DNA of 64,000 bases from the human T2T-CHM13v2.0 reference genome, Homo sapiens (GCF_009914755.1 NC_060947.1), one strand, 5' to 3'; shown: positions 38,526 to 58,627, counted from the first letter of the stretch. Translations and numbers: made by a program. The notes: generated from the letters alone by a model not told the origin.

Positions 38526-41500
38526 CTGGCTGAGCCCAAGGATGGACATCCTTCTCAACTGTAGTTGTCTTATGGTGAAAGAAACACTATTATATAGTAA
38601 CTGTTTTAAAATTTCACAAATATGCAATAATAGTGATAATAAATACCAGTCATTGATCATCCATTACCTGCCAGCCCCTTTACATACTATACATTAGCTT
38701 CTTTAATTCTGACCACAGCATGGGTTAAATTCTAGTATTATCCTTACTTTGCAGAAGCCACACTGAAGTTGTTGGTGCTATGCAATACTTGGGTTTCCTT
38801 TCAGTGATTAGAGTATATGCCACCCTTTTTGATCTCTTGATATATTTAGTATCTGGATGTCATCCTGATTTATTCTTTTTTTTTTTTCATCCTAATTTCT
38901 TCTTTAACTTGGCTTTTGGACCCATGGTTCCTGAACTTCTGCATTGTCTGCATCAACTCCACCTGCTGACAAGCCAGAGAAATATATACAGGCATACTTT
39001 GGACATATTGCAGGTTCTGTTCCAGACCATCACAATAAAGCAAGTCACACAAAATTTTTGGTTTCCCAGTGCATATAAAATTTACGTTTATACTATACCA
39101 TAGTCTAAAGTGTCCAATAGTATTATGTCTAAAAATGTGCATACCTTAATTAAAAATACTTTAATGCTATAAAAATGCTAACAATCATCTGAGCCTTCAG
39201 TGAGTCATAATCTTTTTGCTGGTGGAGGGTCTTGCCTCAATGTTGATGGCTGCTGACTGATCAGGGTGATTGATGGTCACTGAAAGTTGGATGGCTGTGG
39301 CAATTTCTTAAAATAACACAACAATGAACTTTGCTGCATCAATGGACTCTTCCTTTCATGCAAGGTTTCTTTGTAGCATGCAATGCTGCTTGATAGCATT
39401 TTACCCACCACAGTAAAACTTTTTTCAAAATTGGAGTAAATCCTTTCAAATTCTGCTGCTGCTTTATCAACTAAGTTTATGTAATATTCTAAATCCTGTG
39501 TTGTCATTTCAACAATGTTCACAACATCTTTACCAGAAGTAGTTTCCATCTCAATAAACCATTCTTTGCTCATCCATTAGAAGCAATGCCTCATCCATTT
39601 AAGTTTTATCATGAGATTGCAGCAATTTGTTACCAAAACAGCAGGGGTTTGGTCTAGGTCCTGTTGCTGGCTGCAGAGAAAGCCAATCACTGAGTTGAGT
39701 ATTGCCAGGGAAGAAGGATTTATTCAGGTGCTGCAGCTGAGGAGATGGGAGGTCAGTCTCAAATTCATCTCCTCAATTGACTAAAATTAGAGGTTTATAT
39801 AGCAGGGAAAAAAATGTAACTACATATGGGAAAACAGGAAGAAGGGGTTAAGGAAGAAGAGTTGGTAAACAGGAATCATGATGGATGAGGGGTCTGGCAT
39901 CTCATTGTTTGGATGTAGTGATGTGGTGAATTTATATTCTTTGAACTATCTGGGAGGCCTGAGGGTTGGTTTCCTGAGGAGGGAACTCAGATAAGACAAA
40001 TGCAGATTTCAAGCTTTAAGACCAAGAGGGTCAATTTCAAATTTCTATGTTTATCCAAAAGACGGTAAACACCAGTTCTGTGAGACAATTGGCCGGTTTC
40101 AGTCCTCTATTTCTACTTATCAGTTCCTCAATCATGGGGAATCTGGTGGTTGATCTTTCTGACTGCTTTATGCTGAGGAAGGGCATTATATGATACTGAT
40201 GAGGAATGAAAATGTTACCCCTGTAATTGGAAGTATTCATAAGTACCTGGTCAGCATCTGACTTGTTGGAACACCAGGACCTGGATACTTTAATGGTTTT
40301 AGAACAACATTTTAAGTCACATTGACTAGGATGATTAATAACATGGATAACCTAAATTTTAAAACACCAAAGGATATGGAGTGGATCCCTTGGGGAATCC
40401 AATAAAATAATCGCGAAAGCTACATGTTCCCTTTATGATTTTTTAACTAGGGTCTTTCACTGGACTTTAGATATTAAGGCCATCTGAGGGTTCACAAGAC
40501 CATGACTGATTCCCTGGGAGAGATTCCAGAGGGACTGGTTTTACCCGAGTATAGTGAATCCACGACTTAGCACCAGCTAACTTGACAGATGAGTGAGTGA
40601 TCAGCAGCACCTCCAAAGGGCTGACCCATTGTGGTTGCAGCTCATCTACAGCTTGGTGGGATTTCCAGGTCTTCAGCAGGACTTGGGATCTCCCAGTTTC
40701 AAAAAGTGGAGAGGTACATCTCTAGGGAACTGAAGCCTGTTGGAAGCAAACTTAGAGACTAGTTAATATATTTCCTAATTGTTTTATATATGACCTAGCT
40801 TCTGTGTCAGAGGAGGAAAAATACTAAAGTGTCAAGGAGTCTGGAGGTTAGAGAAATGGTCTTCCATACATTTTGGAGGCTCTAAAAGCCAATCCACTTT
40901 TAGGGGCTACCCACATCCTCAGCAGGGCAAGGGACAAGACCTTTTCCCAGTTAAGATTTATCTCTTGGCAACTGGGGTCCCCTTGGCCACAAGTGGGCCT
41001 ACTCAGTCAATGGGGGGCTTAGGAATTTATTTTGTCCCATAGTGTTGCCAAGGTGGTGTGGCTACATGTTTTAGGTCCATCTCATCCCTCAGTGGGACCT
41101 CTATAGCCAAGGGACATAGAGTCAAAAGACTAACAGCCAATTAAACACTGTAGACCAGACAAGAATGGAGGGGGGCAGGCACTCATTAACACTTAAAACC
41201 CTTTAAGCAACATAATAGCCAAAAACTAAAAGCCAAAAAGTAAGGTTACAGAATTGCTTATGAATCAAAGGAATTTCCTTTGCCATTTAAGAATGGAAGC
41301 CCAGTTCCCTGCACCCCTGCCCGCCAAGCTGAGTTGTATGTTCAGCATCGGCCTAGAACAGTGAGATCTTTTGAAGGTTACATAAGGACACATACAACCA
41401 CCACAAAAGAACATACATAACTAATTTTATTTGTCAAAATTGGCCCTTACAATCTCATGTGCCTGCCCCCCTTCTGCAATAGTTCCTGGGCCTAGATGGA

Positions 41501-42099
41501 TTGGATAGTTTTAATTCCTGGCCCTGTGTCTCATGAAAGCAGTTCATTTTGATTGCTGCCTTCTCCTGGGTCTAAAGATGAGGCTTTGACTGGTGTCAAT
41601 GTTCAAGATTTAGCAGGTATCGGCACCTTTTTCAGACCCAGGAGTCAAGACCCTGTAACTTAACAGCACAAGGATTAGTTAATAGGATGCTTATCAAAGA
41701 AATTAAAAGACTTGAAACGTTTTATTAAAACAGAATCACAGGTCATTGTAAAATAACAGTTATTCATTTAACCAAAAGTGATCATCAAAAGGCTTTAAAA
41801 GCAATATAGAAATAAAATTACAATAAAGGGGCACTCTACCCATAATATGCAGACAGACTACTTTGCTGTAAAATAAGTTTCTATCTACAATATAAATGAT
41901 CGAGTATAATATATGCATTTATGCTAAAAACAGAAGCCAATGTTTAATGAAACATTTAAAGACATAAAAAAAGAACATTTAGAAATTAGTGCTTCAGTTT
42001 ACTAATACTGCAGAAAGTCCTATTATTCTCTCTAACATGTCACAAATTAAAACACTGTGATTTGGTCTCCAGTAGTTACTGCCTGCAGCACTTCAAACC

Positions 42100-43807
<1,708 letters not shown>

Positions 43808-44810
43808 TTAGGTTACTCCTTGCACATATCTAATTGGTAGCATTTTAGTGATGGAACTGTGACCTAAAGCATCAGAAATGTTATAGGTCCTATGGCAAAC
43901 ATATCTAAGTAAGACAATTAACTTTTCTCTCCATCATTTAAAAAATGGTAAATGCAAATATCAGTTTTGGAATTCAGTGTGAGGATAAATAAGTTCCTTT
44001 CACTCAAATATTATCCAACAAAACAGGGACAGAGTAAGAACAGGTACAGAATAATTTCTTTTCAGCTATTTTAAAAGAGTATCATCACACATTTCCATGA
44101 TTGGTTTCTAGATACAGTACTGACAACTGATTCAGTAACTTTCACCACTGGAATCTTCAAACCACTGCAACACTTGTACATATTTTGTTTTCAGGCACAC
44201 ATATGAGGGCCTGACAGTGATAAAAGTCTTGGGACCAAATATCACTAGAAAGCCTCACATTTTTATTATTACTGCTTAATCCAAGTGAATGTCATTTAAT
44301 TTTAATAATGGTAAATGCAACTAAAGTAGTCTGAGAGAAATAGCAGTGAATGTAATTTCCTTAAGGACAAGGCCAATCTTTCATGAACATTAAAACTTTG
44401 TACACATATCACGATTTTTCCTCAATACCTGAAGGAAAAGATCTGAAACCAACCCAAATTATTAATTGAATTGAATTAACTTGGAGATAAACACCATTTA
44501 AACACTTTCAACTACATTTCCAAATAACAAACCAATGTACTATTTCTGTTCAGAACTTACAAAAATAAATCTTTTATTTGATTTTTTTTGCCAGGAACCT
44601 TAAAGCTCTTATACCTCTCTAGATCATGAGAGGTGAGCAAAATCAATCAAAGTTTAAGTGAACAGTGCGTTCTATCAATTTTTAGAGGCTTAATAAAGTA
44701 GCTTAGTAATTTCAGATAAATAGAGCAAATGATATATTTTTGGAAATGCACAGGAAACACAAGACTATTCATAGAACCAAATGAAAGTTCTCTATTAGAA
44801 ACTAGACAGC

Positions 44811-44861
<51 letters not shown>

Positions 44862-44890
44862 CACATATACATACATATACATATGTATAT
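44811..44890. repeat. (TA)n(CA)n microsatellite
   Basis: Directly visible. Confidence 0.95.
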
Positions 44891-44976
44891 CTTGTATGAT
44901 AAATTTTTGTCCTAAGTAAAATGGTTACTTATTTTAAAAAGAAAAAAAATTACAACAAAATAGAATGTCTAAGCAT

Positions 44977-45132
44977 GTAGGTATGTATATATACATACAT
45001 ATGTGTAGGTATGTATATATACATACATATGTGTAGGTATGTATATATACATACATATGTGTAGGTATGTATATATACATACATATGTGTAGGTATGTAT
45101 ATATACATACATATGTGTAGGTATGTATATAT
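44977..45132. repeat. 28-bp tandem repeat, about 5.5 identical copies
   Basis: Unit gtaggtatgtatatatacatacatatgt starting at 44977, 45005, 45033, 45061, 45089, 45117. Confidence 0.95.
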
Positions 45133-47324
45133 GTATATATAAGTAAAACCCAAAGGAGAACAAATAGCAAAATTAAAATGAAAAGCAAAAACAAACAAGA
45201 AAACAACCCCCAGGTTTTCTCCTACTCAGTTCACCTTAAAGGCTCCAGCATTACCCAGAGCCTAAAAAAAACACATGAGGGATATTTTGTTCCTGGTATA
45301 CAAATTAATGTCTTTAAGTCCACCAATACCAGTATAGATTTTATGCAATTAAGAAATTCACTTTAGGCACATGACTAGTAAGTACTTAGTGTTAGTACTG
45401 TCTATGCAGCATAGCAAATACATTGTGAAGTAAAGGAATGCAAACATTTATGTGAAATTTGGCTCCATGTTAAATCTGGCTTCATGCTTAACTACATTGA
45501 AAAAGAATGGCCAAACTGCCAATGTATTTCTTTACAATATTTCCTATTTTACCTTAATCAAAATTAAGAGCTTTAACTATGAGCAATGTTAGCCAAATTT
45601 CTCCATTTTTTATTAGGTTTTAACAAATATTTTATTATCTAAACTTTTTAAACTTTCTATTTTCTTTGTATGTGCATGAAGATAGACACACAGAGAACCA
45701 GAAAAAAAAAAACACAACTGTATATGATTTACACAGACCATCCATGACATGCTTGGACATTCTATTTTGTCCTAATTTTTTTCTTTTTAAAATAACTAAC
45801 CATTTTACTCAGGACAAAAGTTTATTTTACAAGGTTCTTTCTCATATGAAATTATTCTTTCTTTATAAACTTCCTTATTAAAAATACATCTTCATATCCA
45901 CAACTTTCTTCAAATCTCTCTCCCCTACTTATTGGTTTCTTTCTACCTTGTTTCATAAATAACCTTTTCAAGTCCATAATTTGAATAAACCTTCAGACAA
46001 CTTCCGAATTAAACATAATTATTCTTTTTCTTAACAGGAACACATCTTCTTTAGCACATTTTATATACAGAATTATCTATTAACTATACTTCTTATTCTT
46101 AGTAACCATAAATTTTAGTGAAAACCAAGGAAGCAGAAAATCCTGAACTATCAAATGTTAGCATTTTCTAGATGAGAACCATTCCACACTTTAAAAAATT
46201 GTTTCCCCATGTCAGAATGCTTTCACAATTGAAAGTGACCCAGGCATCCAATGAGCATCCAAAATGATCTTAAGATTTTAAGTTACACAAAATGTTCACA
46301 TACAGCATTTATCCCATTTACATTTCATTCGTTTTTAGCAGTTTATCTACATAACTTATGAGAACTGAGATATTAGACAAAGCTAGTCGTCATTTCATTT
46401 TTATAACCTGTGCATAGTAGGTGTGCACCTAAGTAAGAATCTTTAAGTTAAATACATGGGTATTTTTACCAATAATTCAGAAGATTCAGCTGTGAAACCA
46501 ACAACATTAAATTGGTCTTATTTGTCAAAAGTCACACAAACAGAGATCATTTTGGTTTTGGCTAGATTTATAGTTTTATAACCTTTCGTGCCAAATCCTG
46601 ACACCTCAAAGTATCTAGCATGGACAAATGTAAAATCCAGACAAAAATGTATGCTGACAATTTTAAAGACATTTCTATTTTTATTTTACCAATAATTTTA
46701 AAGCCAGCTTGTTTATTAAAGAAGATATATTCAAGTCATGTGAATTTGAAAAATGCTAGGACATATTTATTTAACTTATGTGCTCCTTTAATTTAAGCAC
46801 TCTCAATTATAAGCCAATTTGGAAGACACAACATATAACCTAATAAATGTACATACAAATAAACACATCTAGACATGTATATACATGCACAAAGTTCCAA
46901 TGGCTTTTACCTTGGAACTCTAGCCATAAGATAGCAATACAAGCTCACTAGTTTATGAACATTTTCACATTGCTAAATTTTGTTTGCCCTGGTAGGTAAT
47001 CCAGTTATGGTTGTGAACCAAAATTTGGAGTAAAGCAGTTTCCATGGCATTTTGATTTTTAAAGGCCAAACGTCTTTAGACTCCAAAGAACTCCAGGGCC
47101 AAACAGTACCACAGAAGAACATCACGTATTAACCAGGCCTGATTCTGCTTAGAACAGCAGCATAAAAGCCTGAATACATGAAATTCTATCCTGCTTTCTC
47201 ATTCAACAACAAAATGAGACCCATGGAGAGGTGAAGCTGTTCCAGACTCCAAAGAATAGTGGGGCCAAACAGTATTATAAAAGATGATTTGTTTATCAAA
47301 TTCTGATTTCCTGTGACTATACTG

Positions 47325-47350
47325 ACACACACACACACACACACACACAC
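47325..47350. repeat. (CA)n microsatellite
   Basis: Directly visible. Confidence 0.95.
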
Positions 47351-47645
47351 CATCACCAAAACACAATCCAACTGCTGTACCAACCAACAAGCCCCAAGAG
47401 GGCCCAAACTAAAACAGTAGGGGTGCTTCCTCTCTCAGTCAGTTGGGCTTGTTCAACCTGCACACAGAAATTCCTTCAGAGTTTCCCAAAATGAGAGGAG
47501 CAGATCCTGCTGTCTAGTATTAGTGCTGGCAGCTGCGGAGCCAGAGAGAAACTGAAAGTTACCTCCGGCTAAAAAAGGGATGGGCAGCTGCTTAGGAGGG
47601 CTTCTGAAACTCCTGGCCCACAGCAACTAAGCCATGAGCAATGCA

Positions 47646-47663
47646 TTCCCAGTTAGGGAATCA
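47646..47663 (-). promoter_or_regulatory. Degenerate tRNA-Glu primer-binding site
   Basis: Minus strand tgattccctaactgggaa vs tggttccctgaccgggaa (15/18), 5 nt from the 5' LTR. Confidence 0.7.
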
Positions 47664-50562
47664 AAGTCTGTTACTGAAATGCCAGGGGTTTGGACTAGGT
47701 CCTGCTGCTGGCCACACAGACAGCCAATCACCAGGATGATGAATTTTGCCAGGGAAGAAGGCTGTAGTCGGGTGCAGCAGCCAAGGAGATGGGAGATCAG
47801 TCTCAAATCCATCTGTCTGACTGACTAAAGTTAGGGGTTTATATAGCAGGAAGAAATGTAACTACATGCCAGAAAACAGGAATTACAGAGGGATAAAGAA
47901 GAGGAGTTGGTAAACAGGCATCATGATGGATGAGGGGTCTGGCATCCCATTGTTTGGATGTGGTGATCTGGTGAGTTTAAATTCCTTGAACTATCTGGGA
48001 GGCCCGAGGGTTGGTTTCCTCAGGAAGAAACTCAGATAAGACAAATGCAAGTTTCAGGCTTTAAGACCAAGAGGGTCAGTTTCAAGTTTCTATGTTTATC
48101 CAAAAAACAGTAAACATTAGTTCTATGTGCCAGTTGGGCCAGTTTCAAATTCAGTCACATCTTCAAGTTACACTTCTAATTCTATTTCTCTTGTTATTTT
48201 GATCACATGTGCAGTGATTTTCTCTGCTGAAGTCGTGAACTCCTCAAAGTCATCCATGAGGGCTGGAATCGACTTCTTCCATACTCCTGTTAATGTTGAT
48301 ATTTTGATCTGCTTGAATCATGAATGTTAATGGCAATTAGAAAGATGAATCCTTTCCAGAAGATTTTCAATTTACTTCTACCAGATACATCAGAGAAATC
48401 ACTATCTATGGCAGCTATAGCCTTACAAAATGTATAAATAATGAGATTTGAAAGTCAAAATTACTCCTTGATCCATGGGTTGCAGAATGGATGTTGTGTT
48501 AGCAGGCACAAAAACAATATAAATCTCCTTGTATATCTCCATCAGTGTTCTTGGGTACTTAGTGCCTTGTCAATGAGTGGTAATATGTTGAAAAAAGGTG
48601 TTTTTTTTGGTTGCTTTTTTTTTTTTTTTTTTGCATTAGCCCCTAACAAGAAAGTCAGCATATCCTTTGAAGCTTTGAAGCCAGGCATTGACTTCTCCTT
48701 TCTAGCTATGGAAGTCCTAGATGGCATCTTTTTCCAATATAAAGCTGCTTCATCTACATTAAAAGTCTGTTGTTTGGTACATCCACCTTCATCAATAATC
48801 TTAGCTAGATCTTCTGTATAACTTGCTGCACCTTTTCCATCAGCACTTGCTGTTTCATGTTCTACTTTTATGTTATGCAGACAGCTTCCAACCTTAAACC
48901 TCATGAACCAACCTCTGCTATCTTTAAGCTTTTCTTCTGCAGCTTCCTCACCTCTCAGCTTTCATAGAATTGGAGAGAATTAGTGCCTTGCCCTGGATTA
49001 GGCTTTGGTTTAAGGGAATGTTATGGCTAGTGTGATCTACCCAGACCATGCAAGCTTTCTCCATACCAGCAATAAGGCTGTTTCACTTTCCTAGTATTGA
49101 TGTGTTAACCAGACTAACACTTTTAATTTCCTTCAAGAACTTTTCCTTTGCATTATAACTTGGCTGTTTGGCACAAGAGGCCAAACAGTTAGCCAAGTTG
49201 TAAATGCAAAGGAAAATTATTTATAGCTTTTGACTTAAAGTGAGATACATGTGACTCTTCCTTTCACTTGAACACTTAGAGGTCACTGTAAGATTATTAA
49301 CTGGCCTAATTTCAACATTATATTGTCTAAGAGAATAGGGAGGCCTTAGGAGAGGGAAATAGATGGGGAACAGCTGGTCAGTGGAGCTGTTGGAACACAC
49401 ACAACATTTATCGATTAAGTTCACCTTCTTATATGGGTGCAGTTCCTGGCACCCCAAAGCAATTATAATAGTAAGATTTAAAAAATCACTGATCACAGAT
49501 CAGCATAACAGATATAAGAATAATGAAAAAGTTTGAAATGTTGTGAGAATTTCCGAAATGTGACACAGAGACATGAAGTGAGCACATTCTGTTGGAAAAA
49601 TGGCGCCAATAGACTTTCTCCACACAGGGTTGCACAAACCTTCCATTTGTGAAAAAACACGTTATATGTGAAGTACAAATAAAACAAAGTATGCTTGTAC
49701 TTGAAAGCCTGGAGGTGGAAATCCTAGGTGGCCTTCTGTCTATCCATGGCATCCTCACAGGTAGCTGTCCCTGCCTGGGAGGTCATGGTTGGACCAGGCA
49801 CACATTGCCTTGCCCAGGTCTTTGACCCAACTGCCATTTTGTATCCTGTACTGGGGAGGATGCTATTTAAGTCCCTTCTCACCTACCTGATCACCTCCTG
49901 TAGACTATTGTTAGTCACTTTCAGTCTTTTATGCTTTTCAATCACTCCACCAACAAATATTCATTAACTTCCTACTATGTGCCAGGTGCTGGCTGAAGTT
50001 AACAATAGCGAAATAGATATTTTTCATCTGGAGAATTGTCCAGTATCTGAATCTCTTGCCATGTTTGAAGAATTCCTTGTCTCATGACTCCTAGTATAGG
50101 AGGCAGAGCCCATTTCCCAGTATAGAAGATAAAAATGTCACATATCCAAGTATTCTTTGCAGCTATGATGTGGGACATAACCTAGGCTCAGCCAATGATG
50201 CACCTTTCTGGGTCTTTGAATTTGACATTTAGAGATCTAAAGAATAAGGGCAGCAGAGAATTATTCTCTCTCTGGTGGTCGTGGTTGCAGCAAGACCATG
50301 TTTTTAGGGACAGCACTATCAGGAATGTTAGTGGCAGTGTCCAGTGTCTATTGCCTACGGTTTGAGATTACAGCTACAGCATCTAGTACATGGTGGTGAC
50401 AGCAGAAGGGTTATCATCAGGTCACCTTTGTGGTGTGACTTGATTAATTGTTTCTGGCCACATAACTTAAATCTAGTTTTTGGATGCACCCAGTGACTTA
50501 ATGCTTTACCAAATATTCTTGTTTTAAATTACTTTTCTGCTTTATTAAACAAGAGCCACTTT

Positions 50563-53590
<3,028 letters not shown>

Positions 53591-54055
53591 TTAGAATCCT
53601 GATTAATGCAGAATATTGCACCACAAGTAGTTTGCTCCAAGTAATAGATCTAAAAATGTAAAGTCAGCTGAGTGGAGGAGGTAAGAGGAAGGGCATTGAG
53701 GACCACATAATTGTAGGCATGGAAGATGGTGATTATTGCAAGACATTTACACAAGGGTGTATAATTAGGGAAAATAAGAAGGAAAATTCTGGATATCAGT
53801 GTGTATTGGCTATTTCCTGCAGTTCTGTGATGTCTTACAATAGACAGCTAATACTGAAGATATTCCACCTAAAAATGGAGAGAAAGGCAGAAAACTTAGC
53901 AGGAGGTAAGACTGAGGAAAAAGAAAAGCCTTTTCTCACCGTCTTCTTCCAAATGCTTCCAGGTGAATGGACAGTGTTATGGGTAATGACTTCCCATGAA
54001 ATGCCAAAATAAAAGGTGAAGACTGATAAATAAAGGATAAAGACGATAGGTATCA

Positions 54056-56240
54056 CAATAAAAAAAAAACCCTCATCCAACTAGGCATTGAAGGAACATA
54101 CCTCAATATAATAAGTGCCGCCTATGACAAACTCACAGCCAACATCATACTGAATGGGCAAAAGCTGGAAGAATTCTCCCTAAGAACCAGAAAAAGATAA
54201 GTATGACTGCTGTCACCACTACTATTTAACATAGTACTGGAAGTCCTAGCTAGAACAACCAGGCAAGAGAAAGAAATAAAAGACATCCAAATAGGAAATG
54301 AGGACGTCAAATTATCTCTGTTGACAATATGATTCTATACCCAGAAAACTCCACCAAAAGACTCTTAGACCTGATAAACGACTTCAGTAAAGTTTCAGGA
54401 TACAAAATCAATGTGCAAAAATCAGAAGCATTCCTATACACCAACAACATCCAAGCTGAGAGCCAAATCAAGAATGCAGCCCCATTTACAATATCCACAC
54501 AAAAAAATAAAATACCTGGGAATACATCTAACTAAGGAGGTGAAAGATCTCTACAAGGAAGACTACAAAACACTGCTGAAAGAAATCAGAGATGACACAA
54601 ACAAATGGAAAAACATTCCATGCTCATAGATTCGAAGAATCAATATCATTAAAATGGCCACACTGCTCAAAGTATTTACAGATTCAACATTATTCCTATC
54701 AAACAATCAACATCATTTTTCACAGAAGTAGAAAAAACTTTTCTAAAATTCGTGGAACCAAAGAAGAGCCCAAATAGCTAAAACAATCCTAAGCAAAAAG
54801 AACAAAGCCAGAGGCATCACGTTACCTGACATCAAACTATACTACAAGACTACAGCAACCAAAACAGCATGGTACTGGTACAAAAACAGACACATAGACT
54901 AATGGAACAAAATAGAGAACCCAGAAATAAAACACACACATACAGCCATCTGATCTTCAATGACAAAAATAAGTAATGTGGAAAGGACTCTCTATTCAAT
55001 AAATGGTGGTGGGAAAACTGGCTAACCATATGCAGAAGAATGATACTGGACCACAATCTATCCCTATATACAAAAATTAACTCAAGATGAACTAAAGACT
55101 TAAATGTACAACCTCAAACTATAAAAATTCCAGAACACCTAGGAAATACCCTTTGGTATTGGTCATTGGTCGAGGCAAATAATTTATGACTAAGTCCTCA
55201 AAAGCAAATGCAACAAAAACAAAAATAGACAATTAGGAATGAATTAAACTAAAGAGCTTCTGCACAGCAAAAGAAACTATCAAGGGAGTAAACAGACCAC
55301 CTATGGAATGGGAGAAAATATGTACAAACTACGCATCTGACAAAAGACTAATATCCAGAGTCAATAAGGAACTTAAACAAATTAATAAAAATATACAACC
55401 TCATTAAAAAGTGGGCAAAGGAAATGAATAAACACCTCTCAAAAGAAGACATACAAGCATGCAACAAACTTGAAAAAAATGCTCAACCTCACTAATCAGA
55501 GACATGGAAATCAAAACCACAGTGAGATGCCATCTCATACCAGTCGGAATAGCTACTATTAAAAAATAAAAAAAAAAACAGATATTGGCAGGGTTGCAGA
55601 GAAAAGGGAACATTTATACACTGTTGGTGGAAATGCAAATTAGTTCAGCCACTCTGGAAAGCAGTTTGAAGACTTCTCAAAGAATTAAAAATAGAATTAC
55701 CATTTGACTCAGCAATCCCACTACTGGGTATATACCCAAAGGAAAATAAATTGTTCTACCAAAAGGACACCTGTACTCACATGTGTATCACAGCACTATT
55801 CACAATAGCAAATACATGAAATCAACCTAGGTGCTTATCCACGATGGATTGGATAAAGAAAATGTGGTACATATACAGCATATAACACTATACAGCCATA
55901 AAAAGGAACAAAATCATATCCTTTGCAAGAACATGGATGCAGCTGGATGGCATTTTCCTACGGGAATTAATACAGAAACAGAAAACCATATAGCATGTGT
56001 TCTCACTTATAAGTGAGAGCTAAAAATTGAGTACACATGGACATAAAGAGGGGGCAATAGACACTGGGGACTCCAAAAGGGGAGAGGGAGAGAGCGGGGC
56101 AAGGGTTGTAAAAGTACCTATTGGGTGCTATGTTCACTATTTGGGTGACGGGTTCAATGGAAGCCCAAAGCTCAGCCTCAAGCAATATACTCACGTAACA
56201 AATCTGCACATGTACCCTCTGAATTTAAAATAATAAAAAG
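54056..56240 (+). mobile_element. 5'-truncated L1PB-type element
   Basis: ORF2 RT/C-terminal remnants and 3'UTR ending gaatttaaaataataaaag. Confidence 0.9.
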
Positions 56241-56389
56241 AGAATAGGTAGGCTGTAAGCCTCATAACTAGGAGACTAGAGTTCCCATCCTCAAAACCTT
56301 GTCTAGATAGTCTCTGGGTCTGCTATTAACCCATACAATTGGTCAGAAGCAAACAGATCAAATGACTCCAAATCATTTACTAATGATTC

Positions 56390-58560
56390 ACATTTTAAAC
56401 TTTTGTATAAAACTAAAACAGATATAGAAAACTATAGAAATTATAATGAAATGAACACACTTGTATAACCACCATCCAGGTCATGAGCTAGAACATGGAC
56501 AACACTCCGGAATTCACCTCCCCAATATTACTTCTCTTTCCTTTCCAGTTGTAAACACTGTCTAGAATTCTAACATTACAGATTAATTTTCCTGTCTTTG
56601 AAGCTTTTATAAATGATATCCTACAGTATATATTTCTTTGGGTCTTACATCCTTTCTTCAACATTGCATTTGTGAGGTTGATCTATGGTATTATATGTAT
56701 TTGTAGTTTGTTTCTTTTCATTACTGCGTAGTATTCTGTTGTGATATTACCACAATTTATATATACATTCTATGGTTGATGGGCATTTGGGTTGTTTCCA
56801 ATTATTGACTATTACAGATAATACTATGAACACTCTTGTGTATATGATAAACACATTTCTATTGGGTATATATTTAGAAGTTGAATTACTCAGTCTGGAT
56901 TATACATACATTGACTTTAGAGATACAAATTGTTACAAATTGTTTTCCACTCAGCATATGTCCTTGAAATCCATCCAAATTGTTGTATCAGTAGCTCATT
57001 CCCTTGTTTAAAGTAGTATTCCATGTGCTTTTCAGCGGTGGTATGGACATACAACAATTTGTTTAACCATTCACCTGGCCATGTAGTTCTCCTGGACAAA
57101 AACACACCACCCCACAGATTGGGACACCTAAAATTCATGTTTATCATCAGAATTTCTTCTTTTGTGAACTTTGTTTTCATATTCATTACCCATTTTCTGC
57201 TGAGTAATTTGTCTTTTTATGTTTGATTTGTACAAGATACACATTCTGGACATAAAAAGTTTAAATATCATATACATCATAAATATCATGACTTGGGTTT
57301 TTTGCATCTTCACCAGGAATTCTGCTCTACCCTACAATCCTGAAGATATTCTAGATTTTCTTCTCTTGGTTTTAAAGTTATTCTTTACAAATGTAGGTCT
57401 TTAATAGATTTGAGATTGTTAAAAACATGTTTGTAGTATAACTCATATAAAGTAAAGTGCACCTACTGTAGGTGCACATTTCTATGAGTTTTGACAAATG
57501 TATACACCTGTGGAATTACCATCAAATCATACAATATTTTCATCATACCCGAAGTTTCCTCACGTCCCTTCCCAGTAAATTCCCACGTTTATCACCCAGA
57601 AAAAACCACCACTCTGATTTTTTCCCGACATATATTAGTTTCATCCTTTTCTAAAATTTCAAATAATCGTAGTCAGACAATAGGTAATTTTTGTGTAAGG
57701 CTTTTCTTCCCCCACTCAGCATAAGATTTCGGGGATTCATTCGTGTTGTTATACGTATCTATAGTTTATTCCTACATATGGCTGACTAGGATTCCATTCA
57801 TTTTTCTCTATTCTTCCGTTGGTGACATTGGGTTGTTTCTAGTTTTTGGCTCTTATGGCTAAACTGCTATGAACATTGATGCAGGGGTCTTTGTGTGGAC
57901 ATATGTTTCCATGTCTGAAGTAAGTAGCTAAAAGTGGAAATGCTCAGTAGCATGGCAGGTGTATGTTTAGCTTTTGATGTGTTTGCATGGTTTTGTTTTC
58001 CCAACAGCAATGCATGAAAGTTGCAAGTTGCTCTAAATTCTTGCCAATACTTGATATTATCAACCTAAAAAAATTAGCTTTTTTAGTGGGTGGGTAATGG
58101 CATCTTGAGGCTTTAATTTTAATTTATTTTATGACTATGTTGGCCAGCTTTTCATGCGTGAATTGGACATTTGCATGTATATTTTGGTGAGTGACTGTTC
58201 AAATATTTTCCTCATTTAAAAAACGCTGTTGTTTATCTTATTTTTATTGAGTTACAAGGATTCTTTATATATTCTAGTTCTTTGTTAGATATGTGTATTA
58301 CAAATGTTTAGCCCCATTCTGTGGCTTGCTTCCCCCTGCTCAATGGAATCTTTCAAAAAGCAGAAGTTTTAAAATATTAACAAAGTACAGTGCACTTTTA
58401 TTTGGATGATTTGTGTTTTTTGTCTTGTATATAAAAATAATCTATGCCAACCCAATCATCACAATGATCTTCTATATTTTATTCTAGAAGTTTTATAGTT
58501 TTAGCTTTCACATTTATGTTGAAGATCCAAATTGAGTTAACTTTGCTGTACAAATAAAGT
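56390..58560 (-). mobile_element. Old L1M 3' fragments
   Basis: gttgatgggcatttgggttgtttcca-type motifs recurring in several fragments. Confidence 0.75.
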
Positions 58561-58627
58561 GTTTCTCTCCTCTGGATTTAAATAGATATATTTTTCTCTT
58601 TACCATTGGTTTTCATCAAATTGATTT

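Noticed and set aside
44977-45132. 28-bp palindromic repeats resembling a CRISPR array
   Set aside because: Units are head-to-tail with no unique spacers, there are no cas genes, and the context is primate DNA.
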